Positions 1 to 8,404 of a stretch of DNA of 40,955 nucleotides are shown in pieces; position 1 is the first letter of the stretch; each line of letters starts with the position of its first letter. The stretch is from Chrysochromulina tobinii (lineage: Eukaryota): contig JWZX01002937.1 of the NCBI GenBank assembly GCA_001275005.1, positions 1 through 40,955 of the forward strand. Direction: 5' to 3'. Position numbers and translations under genes: made by a program. The notes under the pieces were generated by a model. That model searched no databases, was not told where the DNA came from, and saw only the letters and a program-made list of their open reading frames with translations.

Positions 1-1
1 A

Positions 2-853
2 TTCACCATCGCAATTTCGAGAGGAGGGAGCCAGGGCGGGGGTGAGGCAGAAGCACATACTGTGTCCGCGCGGGCATCGGATGCGCGAGCGCGAGGTTCC
101 CACAGAGTTGTCTGTACCCACACAATCGAGGCAGATGTCGAGGTCGCATCCGTGGCCTTCGCACATCCAGCGAGTGGTTCCCGGCCGGATTCTCGATCCG
201 CACGGCCCATTGCAGAGAGGCTGGAATCCGCCGCGGCCGCCGCGGACGGGGGCGGGCACAAGGAAGTGACCACGAGTGCATCTAAACCTGGGAGGTTGGA
301 GTGCCCTTGAAGCGGTGGCTTCGGGCGGGGGTGGTTCGAAAGAGCTAGACTGGTTGCACTGCCTGGCTGCGTCCATCGCACCGACAGTGTAAGCCACCGT
401 TGAGCGTTGGGTCCGGGTGACCGCAGCGGACTGGAGGCGGGCTGCTTCCGTGAGTTCCGCCTCTGCCGCGCGGGCTACGCGAGCTTGCTCCCGCCGAGCA
501 GCGTGAGCGGCCGCCCTTGTCGCCTTAGCGGCTTGTCGACGCAGGCGAGCGTCGAGTGCGGCTTGCCTCCGAGCGTCTATGCGCGCCTGCTTCCGACGAG
601 CGACGGTGGGGTCAAACCCAGCATTCCGCAGCCATACGAGCCTGCGTTGATGCTTGGCAGCGCAGGAAAAGGCCCATGTGATATCCAAGTTGGGGTTCGC
701 TCGCGCATTACGCGCAAGTGTGTAAAATGCCGTGAAGACACTGAGCGCAGAGTCCCAGTTGTCGTAAGCCCACTCCCCCGCCTCGCGCCCTCCTTCCCTG
801 TCTGGCTCTGTGAAGGGCTTTCGCGCCCTGTCCAGCACCGCTATGCCCATCAT
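2..853 (-). CDS. LINE ORF2 C-terminal segment, open to the window edge and absent from the ORF track: Arg/Ala-rich helix then tandem ZZ/C1-like zinc fingers
   Basis: Manual translation finds no stop from ~1110 to position 2 in this frame (first ATG at 853). It encodes ...RRKQARIDARRQAALDARLRRQAAKA...CTRGHFL-x-CNGPCGSRIRPGTTRWMCEGHGCDLDICLDC (122-280), and a second unit CPRGHSM...NCDGE starts at 76. Confidence 0.75.
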   Translation of the reverse strand, partial: MMGIAVLDRARKPFTEPDREGGREAGEWAYDNWDSALSVFTAFYTLARNARANPNLDITWAFSCAAKHQRRLVWLRNAGFDPTVARRKQARIDARRQAALDARLRRQAAKATRAAAHAARREQARVARAAEAELTEAARLQSAAVTRTQRSTVAYTVGAMDAARQCNQSSSFEPPPPEATASRALQPPRFRCTRGHFLVPAPVRGGRGGFQPLCNGPCGSRIRPGTTRWMCEGHGCDLDICLDCVGTDNSVGTSRSRIRCPRGHSMCFCLTPALAPSSRNCDGE

Positions 854-3200
854 GGTGGCCCAAGGTCGAAGCGCCCTGAAGCAGCGGCGAACGAGGCACG
901 GCACCGTCCCACACCTCCCGAAGGCCTCTCGAAGCCATCCACTTGGCTCTGGGGGCAGGCCTGTCAATGATGACAACGCAATCGCGGTATGAGACGGCGG
1001 TGGTCCGAACCGCGTTGACCTTTGTCGGCGGGCCCATGCGGGCCGTGCACGCCGCCTTCCGCCCCTCTCCAATGATGGCGACGATCCACTTGAGAAAGCC
1101 CCTTCCATAACCTAGCGCGAGGGTCCTCGCCGCTTCGGGTGATTCGACGACGAGCTGTGATCTCGGCGCGTCCGGTAACCCAAGCATGAATCGAAGGGCG
1201 GCGTGTCGCTCACGAGGGCCGAGGCGGTCGGCACCGCCTGAGAGGGCTGTCAAGGCGTAATGGGCCTGTTGAGTGCCAAAATCGCTGAGTCGGTGTGCCA
1301 GCCACCCCATGGCTCGTGATCGGTATAGCGCCGAGTCACCGACGCAGCAAGTCGTGATGGTGTGCCATCTCGACTGCGGCGCTCGAGCAGGGATCGGCCG
1401 CCACAAGCCGGCCACTGTAACGCCCTGAGCAAGAAAGCAACCTGTACAGGGGCAGGGGGCGTGCGTCTGGCACCACCATTCCCAGCCTCCCTTTTGAGGT
1501 CGATACTCTCGGAGGCGGTCGAGCTGGGCCTCCCCCGGAAGGACTCGGTCGAGGAGCCCTGCACCGAGGCGGTCGGCGAGAAGCCCACAGCGGTCGGCAC
1601 GTGCGTCGAGGATGCAATCAAATGTAGCCTCTGTGAGCAGCCTGGCTTTGACTGGGGAGCAGCGGAGGAGCTGCCATGTATCGCTAGACTCGAGAAGGGT
1701 GAATGAGGTAGTGCCCACCAGCTGGGCCATCATGAAGGCGTGGCAAAAATCATAAGCGGCGCGGCCAGCGCCCCTCTTGACACCGGCAATGCGACACTTG
1801 GCGTGAGCCGAAGGCATAAGGTCCATTGGCAGAATTGGGGAGTCGAGCATGAATTTGGCGGTAGCGTCAGCAGCCTCGTTCGGAGTAATGCCGTCGTGGC
1901 TGTGGACGTGGACGTAAAGGATGGCCCGATGGCGTTGCTCGAGCTCAGAAATGTTGCCAAGTTCCTTGTCCCGGTAGCGCGCGGTCTTCGCGGAGACCGT
2001 GCGCCCCGGGAAAGCATGCCCTGCTTGCATACCGCTCAAGCAGTCGGTGACCACCACCGAGACAGAATTCACCGTAGCGGCGAGGTGGTCCTGAAAGGCG
2101 GCGAGTTCGGCTTCGTAGGAATGGCGCTCAAAGGTATCTGCGTAGATGTCCAGTTGGCCCCCGAGCACCGAGCAGCCAAGAGCCTCCGAAGCGACGGCCA
2201 GGCACACCCTGCTGATGCGAGTGGCACCAGTTTCCTCGTGGATGTCCTTGGAGCCGTCGGTAGCGACGAAGTGTGAGACAGGGTATTCAGACTCAAGCTC
2301 AAGGAGCTTGTCGAATACAAAACGGCATTCCGTTATCTTGACCGTTTTGCGTGCCTTGTCACTCACAATCTGACATTCCCACCAAAAGCGGGCGGCGAGC
2401 GGGCAATCAGGGTGGGCGGGGTTGCCACGGAGTCTTCCCGCGTCGTCAAAGCGATATGCGAGTCTTACGCGGGCAAGCCATTCCTGCCCACGCCCATTCC
2501 ACCGTACGTGGAAGCCGCCCTGGATACGTTGGTGCCATACTCGGTCGGCGGGCGAGAGTTTAGAATCATAGAAGAAAATTGCTCGGCGAGTAGCCCCGTC
2601 TAAGTCCAGTTGAGATGGCCCCGTGGTGCCGGGGGGGTCAAAAAGCGGTGGGTTTGAGTCGCCCAGGAGGGCCGTGAACGCTTCCTTGAGTGAACGAAGG
2701 CGCCCACTATCCGTTGCCGTGACGCCCGGTGTGAAGACCGCCGTGGGGCAGTGAGGGATGTGAGGAGGGGGTGTCGCAGGGTGAACCCGATCCAAGGGGA
2801 GAGACCCCGTCGGCGAGCTCTTGACAACCACAGATTGCCGATATCCAAGCGCTGCGGAGCAAAACTCAGTGAGTAGCTGAGCGACGGTCTGGGGAGCCAT
2901 GTCATGAGGGATGCGCATTCGAACGCCGTCATGTTGGAGATTGATGACCTCGGCCTGCCACCTCCTGGCCCACTCACATTTAGCCCGACGCGACGCACCC
3001 TCGTAATCCTGAAGGACGTAGGACTTGGCTGTGAGTTCGCTGTCGCGATCCCCATCACGCATAAGAGAATTGATGAGCTCGACGTACTGAACGAGGTGGG
3101 GCCGAGAGCTCACGAGCCACCGAGCACGAGCTTCCTGTTCCCGTGCGAACCGGGCGAGGTTGAAGGTGACGGACAGCGGGGGTGGCGAACGGTGACCCCC
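708..3200 (-). CDS. LINE ORF2 segment with RNase H (about 1850-2275) and C-terminal Cys/His motif (about 1345-1455)
   Basis: HFVATDGSK...YEAELAAF...VVTDCLS...HVHSHDGITPNEAADATAK gives the full RNase H D-E-D-H-D set. CPCTGC...WHTITTC resembles the LINE C-terminal zinc motif. The frame is open upstream of the GTG at 3113 as far as a TGA at ~3243. Confidence 0.85.
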   Translation of the reverse strand, partial: GGHRSPPPLSVTFNLARFAREQEARARWLVSSRPHLVQYVELINSLMRDGDRDSELTAKSYVLQDYEGASRRAKCEWARRWQAEVINLQHDGVRMRIPHDMAPQTVAQLLTEFCSAALGYRQSVVVKSSPTGSLPLDRVHPATPPPHIPHCPTAVFTPGVTATDSGRLRSLKEAFTALLGDSNPPLFDPPGTTGPSQLDLDGATRRAIFFYDSKLSPADRVWHQRIQGGFHVRWNGRGQEWLARVRLAYRFDDAGRLRGNPAHPDCPLAARFWWECQIVSDKARKTVKITECRFVFDKLLELESEYPVSHFVATDGSKDIHEETGATRISRVCLAVASEALGCSVLGGQLDIYADTFERHSYEAELAAFQDHLAATVNSVSVVVTDCLSGMQAGHAFPGRTVSAKTARYRDKELGNISELEQRHRAILYVHVHSHDGITPNEAADATAKFMLDSPILPMDLMPSAHAKCRIAGVKRGAGRAAYDFCHAFMMAQLVGTTSFTLLESSDTWQLLRCSPVKARLLTEATFDCILDARADRCGLLADRLGAGLLDRVLPGEAQLDRLREYRPQKGGWEWWCQTHAPCPCTGCFLAQGVTVAGLWRPIPARAPQSRWHTITTCCVGDSALYRSRAMGWLAHRLSDFGTQQAHYALTALSGGADRLGPRERHAALRFMLGLPDAPRSQLVVESPEAARTLALGYGRGFLKWIVAIIGEGRKAACTARMGPPTKVNAVRTTAVSYRDCVVIIDRPAPRAKWMASRGLREVWDGAVPRSPLLQGASTLGHHDGHSGAGQGAKALHRARQGRRARGGGVGLRQLGLCAQCLHGILHTCA

Positions 3201-5080
3201 CGTTCCAGTCGGGCCTGTGCAATCTCGAGCCGAGCTTTGGCTTCACAGAAAGCCCGGTGGATATCGGTGTCGGTAGGAGGAGCGCGAGCGCTGAGTCCTA
3301 CAAGCAGAACTCCAAATGCATCCGTGCAACGGGCGATGCGACAAGCTTCGTCCGTGAGCAGGGGCGGCCTGAGTTGTTCACGTGAAAGAAGCGCAGGAGA
3401 CAGACAAGAAGCGGGGTAGTCGACTGCAAGCATGGGTTCGCGCTGCCATGAAGCTGCAATCGGCCGTGGCATGGCAGAATTCATCGCGTTGGCGGCAAGG
3501 GGCTGGGGTGAGGCTGAGGGTGAATCCGGGGTCCCCACGTCTCGCTGGTGAAGGGGGCTGCTGACGGCGCTGGAAGTTGTTCCATCTCGAACATCGCTGA
3601 GAACATCACCCTCGTGTAACCAGTGAAGCATCCGAAGGGCGGCGCCTCTAGACTGGTCGCGGTCGAGAAGCTCGCGTAGCGTGTCGGTGAGGCGCTGACA
3701 CGCCTCGTCGTCGACGCGCAAAAATTCACGGCGTTCGGATAGCGTGGCAAACCTGTCATCGGCGGACTGATTGGGGGCGATCCGTGGGTCACTCTCGTCG
3801 TCCCCGTCGTCATCGTCGTGATGCAGGGTCCGCCGGGAGTCTTCTGGTCGCGCCGTGAGCCATTGAAGCCAGTCGACTCCTTGAGCGCGCATGATGCGTA
3901 ACACGGTGAGCGCGTCGACTGAGGGGATGAGTTCCGAGTCGCCGATGAACAGTTGAGCGAGGGCTCGGGCGTGAAGACAGCCACTCCAAAAATTGCTCGG
4001 ATTGGTTCTGTAGGAATCTGAGTGGATAATGCCGAGGAGAACGGGTACGAGCTCATAAAAGGACCGAAGAACGCTCTCGAGACCATAACTCCACAAGACA
4101 CGGGCAACGGCGTGGTGGGCACGGTCGGCGGCGGGGGTGCAAACGGGTGAAGCCAGCGCATTAACAAGCGTCATAAGGCTGGCCGCCATCATAGCGGGCC
4201 AGACGTGCACGTTGCCGTAACCTGAAATGTGAGCCGCCGGTCCGGCAGCAGCAACGAACAGCTGAGACAGGTCGTCATTGACGGACGTGGAAATGCCCCG
4301 AGGGGAAGCATGCAGTTGGACTCGAGGTGAGGAGTACGAGCGCCGAAAGCCTTTAACTCCCTTCTGTTGCAGGACGCGCCGGCACGCCGGTCCGAGCGTC
4401 CCCTCGACGGCCTCGAAGGAGCCACCAAAGCAGGCGCCGTAAAAGAAGGCGTTGCCGTTAATGCTGAGCCCAGCGCAGCCGAGCGCGAGCCTCCTGCTCA
4501 TCGACGAGGTGGCAGCCTGGGCGCCACACGCTGTTATTTTGGAGCGGAGAGTAGAGAGTCCAACCTCGTTGTGGCGGCCGTCCATTCGAGTAGCCATGCC
4601 GCAGTACAAGTAGTGTTCGGAGACGAGGAGGTTGGGGATACGCCGCGGGAGATCGCCGTCGACGAGCGCAGCGATGTAAAATTTCTTGCGGGTCTCGATG
4701 GGGATGAGCGTGCCGTCGCGACCGCGCTTGTATTCGAGAGATTGGACCACCGTTTTGTTGTTGCCCTTGATGTTGAGCTGACAGTCCGTGATGCGACTCC
4801 AGATAGACCAAAACAACGTGATCCTGTCGAGGAAGAAGGCCTCACCAGCCGCGTTGGCGGCGTCGTCGACGAAGACGAGAGATCCCATTTCGCCACCTGC
4901 CCCGTCAGGAGCAAACGCCGTGTAGCCGCTGATCTTGAGCTCGAGTGCTTGCGCTATCGTATCCATCATGATTTTGCAGGCTTCAGGTGAACCTTGCGCG
5001 CCTTGAAGGAAGCCTCGAAGGATTGGAAACGGGTCGGTGGCCCCAAAGGCCGTCTCGTACCGTCCTTGAGCGACTCCGTG
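3110..5080 (-). CDS. LINE ORF2 segment: second half of the reverse transcriptase plus downstream region
   Basis: Same frame as 5081..8404 after one TAG: ENW*HGVAQGRYETAFGATDPFPILRGFLQGAQGSPEACKIMMD...GSLVFVDDAAN. FVDD is at about 4862-4873. Confidence 0.88.
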   Translation of the reverse strand, partial: HGVAQGRYETAFGATDPFPILRGFLQGAQGSPEACKIMMDTIAQALELKISGYTAFAPDGAGGEMGSLVFVDDAANAAGEAFFLDRITLFWSIWSRITDCQLNIKGNNKTVVQSLEYKRGRDGTLIPIETRKKFYIAALVDGDLPRRIPNLLVSEHYLYCGMATRMDGRHNEVGLSTLRSKITACGAQAATSSMSRRLALGCAGLSINGNAFFYGACFGGSFEAVEGTLGPACRRVLQQKGVKGFRRSYSSPRVQLHASPRGISTSVNDDLSQLFVAAAGPAAHISGYGNVHVWPAMMAASLMTLVNALASPVCTPAADRAHHAVARVLWSYGLESVLRSFYELVPVLLGIIHSDSYRTNPSNFWSGCLHARALAQLFIGDSELIPSVDALTVLRIMRAQGVDWLQWLTARPEDSRRTLHHDDDDGDDESDPRIAPNQSADDRFATLSERREFLRVDDEACQRLTDTLRELLDRDQSRGAALRMLHWLHEGDVLSDVRDGTTSSAVSSPLHQRDVGTPDSPSASPQPLAANAMNSAMPRPIAASWQREPMLAVDYPASCLSPALLSREQLRPPLLTDEACRIARCTDAFGVLLVGLSARAPPTDTDIHRAFCEAKARLEIAQARLERGVTVRHPRCPSPSTSPGSHGNRKLVLGGS

Positions 5081-8000
5081 CTACCAATTTTCAACGAGTC
5101 CGCGCAGTGCTTGAAGCCCCTGCTCGGGGAGCCCATAATGACGCATAGCTTGTGCTCCCGCCGAGCGAGAAAAGGACATGAAGCACTTGGTGAGGTCAAC
5201 GTAAAGGACGTACAAGGCTTTGCGACGATAAAGAGCGTCGTCGATGCAGAGGTGCAGGGCAAAAGCCTGCTCTGTGCAGCCCCTGCCCTTGCAGCCGCCC
5301 GCATGGTTCGCAAGAACTCTAGCGCCAACCGGCGTGAGAGCCGTGTGCAAGAGGCACCGTTCGGCGAGTTTGGCGCCATGGTTGATGAGCCAAATGTCGC
5401 GGAGTTGCTCCATGCGCAAAAGTCCGGACGCCTTTTTGGGAATGAGAACAGCCATGATTTGGAGGTAGTGCGCCGGGTAGACGCCTTCCTCCATGCAACG
5501 TAGCAAGAGCTCGAAGTAAGCGAGTTCTGCAGGGTGCCCCTCTGGTAGACATTGGAGCATCTCAATGATGAACGGGTTGAAGGCCCGCGCTTTGCCCTTA
5601 CGTTGTTTACGGGCCTCCCGGCGAAGTACGTCGACCGGAAGGGCGTCGCGAAGGGTCCAGGGGGCCCCACCCGGTAACGTCAAAGTCGGGGAAAGAGGCA
5701 CAAGCATTTGTAGCCAAGTACCGAAGGCTTCGTCATCCGAGGCGCTAAGGCGGTTTTGATTGACGCCGTATCTGTGAGCGAGAGTGTGAACTGCTGAAGC
5801 GCTTCTCTGAATCTCGCCGTCGTCGTCAATGAGCGCCGCGAGCTGGAACCTGTTGGCTTTCTTGCGCTGCTTGATGGCTCGGAGCCGCTCATGCATGCGC
5901 TCAGCGAATTCCTGTGCCGAGCATGGTTCGCCGACCCCGAGGTTGATAGCGTTGTTCAAATGACGACGCCGCGCCTCGACCTCGGGTTGTAATAGAGCAA
6001 TGGCGTCGCGGAGCCGCTTGGCGCATGCGTTGCGAAGATCCTTCCAAGAGAGCGCGCGCCCGGTCGCGGCAGCGCGCCGGATCTCGCGGTCGCGAACACG
6101 TCGGAGGATGACGGCCTTGTAGAGGCGGTCATTGTTGTCGGCAAGGAAGAAAGCTGAAGCACGGGTGTCGTGGTTGGCACTCCACTCGAAGGAAGCACTG
6201 ACGGCCGAGTAAAGGCCTCGCAACCACTGGAGGCGGGTCTCGGGTTCGTTGGGCGGTGCGGCTCGCGGTGCACGAGTGGCCCATTCGTCTGCACCCATAG
6301 CTGTGCTGGCGCTGCGGACGAGGTGTGCTTCTAAGGCGGCGAGGGCGATATCGGCCGTTGCCCCGCGTGGGGCCGTATAAAGCGCAGCGAGGCGGCCATA
6401 AGCGGGCCAGGCGCTTGGGGATTTGCTGATACGGTACGTACTGGCTCGTCCTTCGCCAAGCTTCTCGAGGGTACCCTCGTCGCGAAAAGAGAGACTGACA
6501 CGGTGATCAAAGGCATCGCCATCGCTGCCCCATTCGCCAAGAAAAATGCCACCCTTCTCGGAGGCCCTCCAAAAGGGGAAGGATTCACAATCCACAAAGA
6601 CGAAATCAAGATCTCGGTCGTGGAGGTGCCCCGTGGAGGCTCGAAAAGTAAATTCCCCCTGCTTGAGTCGTGAAGGGATAGCTGCACTGAAAGAGTCGCC
6701 GTCGGCTCCGCCAAACCATCGCCGATAAAGAGCCTCGTCATGGGCCTCGTTAGGTGAGCCATTGCGTCGCGAGGTAGGGGAGGGTGATGCGTTCCAATCT
6801 CCGGCGACTGCAAAAGGTAACGTAATAGCGCCCGAGATAGTGTCCATCGTGAGCGTCATCACTTTGTCCGCCACGAGCTCAATGAATGCCGCGCGCGTGG
6901 CTTGACTGGCGGCGGCAGGAACGTAGACACACGCGAAGAAGAGATCCTCATTCGCGAGGGGCCCGCGCGTTCGAGTGAGGCGAATGCCGAAAGCTCGTCT
7001 GCCTGCGTAAAGTTGTAACAGGTTAGCGACGGCGGGTGTGAGCCGCCCGTCGGCCTGTGCTGCCTCAATGTCGCCGGAGTGGAGGAGAGCGATGGCCGTG
7101 CTGTCTCGGTCTTCACTCTGTGCCGTGTGCGCCTTGCGGAACTGGTTGCGGTGCCACGCAAGCAGAACCCCGCCGCGACGGTGAGCATCTTTGCGAGAGC
7201 TGGTTTCTTCGCCGGCACGCGCCATGACATCGTAGCCGAGTCGGAGTAGTTCGGTTGCAAGGCGGTCGACGCTGGCCTGTCCACCTCCTAATTCCTGCAG
7301 CGCGACCAAAGCCGGTCGGTGCCAAAGTTGAATCGTGGAGAGTAGCGACCGGGTTCGGCAATCAAGGTGGTCAAGACCAGCGGCTTGTCTTTCGGAGATG
7401 GCCGATCCCTTCATGTTGAGAGAAAGGAGCGTGAAGCCGTTCTCGTTGGCAACCGGGAGCTGAGGGTCAAGTCGCAATGGCTGGGGCTCGTCTATTTCGT
7501 CACCGCCACCGCGTAACCGTAGAGTTCGTTGGTTGTTCCTCGGCACATGCCGCGCTGTCGACTCGATCACGCCTGAACCGTCGCGATGACAGCACGAGCG
7601 GGCAGGTAGCAACCCTACTCTTACGAGTAAGGAGGGAGAGGAAGACCTTCCGATGGGGAGTCCCAAGGGCTCGCGTAAGGCCCGTAGCGTTCGTAAGAGA
7701 ATACGTAGCCTGACGCCAGAGTGACGGTGGTGATGACGCGGTGATGACCGGGGCTCGGCGGGAATGCGGCGGCGAGTGGCAGGGCGGGCGGCACTGGCGC
7801 CAAAGGGGACACAACCGGTGTCACCTGCGCGCGTTTGAGCGTTCCTGAGCGCAGTCGCATGGAGGGCTGACCAGGTGCGAGAGCCGGCTGAGGCGGCGCG
7901 TCGCGTGAAGACATTGAAGTCGAGGGAGAGCGGATCGCCACGTAGTCCGCCACCATGAAGAGACAGCCAGATTGCAAACTTCCTCGATGCCATCACGGCG

Positions 8001-8404
8001 CCTTGCCGGCACGGCGCGAGAATGGCGAAGGAGAGCGGGGTCGCGAGCCACGAACAGAGCCCGGCCAAAGGAAAAGCGGCGCTTCGGCGGGTGGCCCCGT
8101 AGCGCAAGAGGGCCGTCAGGGCCCTCTCGAGTAAGCGACGCCGTCGTGGGCAGTGGACGTTCGCGAATCGGCGACCGCGAAAACCGTGCCAGATAGCGGC
8201 GCGAGTCCATGTGAGAGATAAGTGAGGGGCATGGCCCCACCGGACTCCGACTCTATGCGACCGCGTGCCCTGTTGCCCGTACTGTCCGAAGACGTGGTGA
8301 CGCGAAGTCCCCTCGTCGCCCCCGGCCGGGGCCGACAGCTGAATACCCACACACGCGTACGGGGGAGAGACCGTGTGACCGGTTTCCTGCGGAGGACTAG
8401 ACAT
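5081..8404 (-). CDS. LINE ORF2 N-terminal segment: Arg-rich leader, LRLRGG, APE endonuclease (about 6490-7435), first half of RT; ends at a premature TAG
   Basis: First ATG at 8404 lies just upstream of the ORF1 stop (ATGTCTAG). APE and RT motifs as listed for the element. Confidence 0.88.
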   Translation of the reverse strand: MSSPPQETGHTVSPPYACVGIQLSAPAGGDEGTSRHHVFGQYGQQGTRSHRVGVRWGHAPHLSLTWTRAAIWHGFRGRRFANVHCPRRRRLLERALTALLRYGATRRSAAFPLAGLCSWLATPLSFAILAPCRQGAVMASRKFAIWLSLHGGGLRGDPLSLDFNVFTRRAASAGSRTWSALHATALRNAQTRAGDTGCVPFGASAARPATRRRIPAEPRSSPRHHHRHSGVRLRILLRTLRALREPLGLPIGRSSSPSLLVRVGLLPARSCCHRDGSGVIESTARHVPRNNQRTLRLRGGGDEIDEPQPLRLDPQLPVANENGFTLLSLNMKGSAISERQAAGLDHLDCRTRSLLSTIQLWHRPALVALQELGGGQASVDRLATELLRLGYDVMARAGEETSSRKDAHRRGGVLLAWHRNQFRKAHTAQSEDRDSTAIALLHSGDIEAAQADGRLTPAVANLLQLYAGRRAFGIRLTRTRGPLANEDLFFACVYVPAAASQATRAAFIELVADKVMTLTMDTISGAITLPFAVAGDWNASPSPTSRRNGSPNEAHDEALYRRWFGGADGDSFSAAIPSRLKQGEFTFRASTGHLHDRDLDFVFVDCESFPFWRASEKGGIFLGEWGSDGDAFDHRVSLSFRDEGTLEKLGEGRASTYRISKSPSAWPAYGRLAALYTAPRGATADIALAALEAHLVRSASTAMGADEWATRAPRAAPPNEPETRLQWLRGLYSAVSASFEWSANHDTRASAFFLADNNDRLYKAVILRRVRDREIRRAAATGRALSWKDLRNACAKRLRDAIALLQPEVEARRRHLNNAINLGVGEPCSAQEFAERMHERLRAIKQRKKANRFQLAALIDDDGEIQRSASAVHTLAHRYGVNQNRLSASDDEAFGTWLQMLVPLSPTLTLPGGAPWTLRDALPVDVLRREARKQRKGKARAFNPFIIEMLQCLPEGHPAELAYFELLLRCMEEGVYPAHYLQIMAVLIPKKASGLLRMEQLRDIWLINHGAKLAERCLLHTALTPVGARVLANHAGGCKGRGCTEQAFALHLCIDDALYRRKALYVLYVDLTKCFMSFSRSAGAQAMRHYGLPEQGLQALRGLVENW

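Noticed and set aside
2470..2545. Possible chromodomain in ORF2 (GFHVRWNG)
   Set aside because: Only a short VxWxG match; the rest of the chromodomain pattern is absent.
3205..3325. J-domain-like segment in LINE ORF2 (DAFGVLLVGLSARAPPTDTDIHRAFCEAKARLEIAQARL)
   Set aside because: It resembles DnaJ helices I-III but lacks the HPD motif and most of helix II, so it cannot be supported without a profile search.
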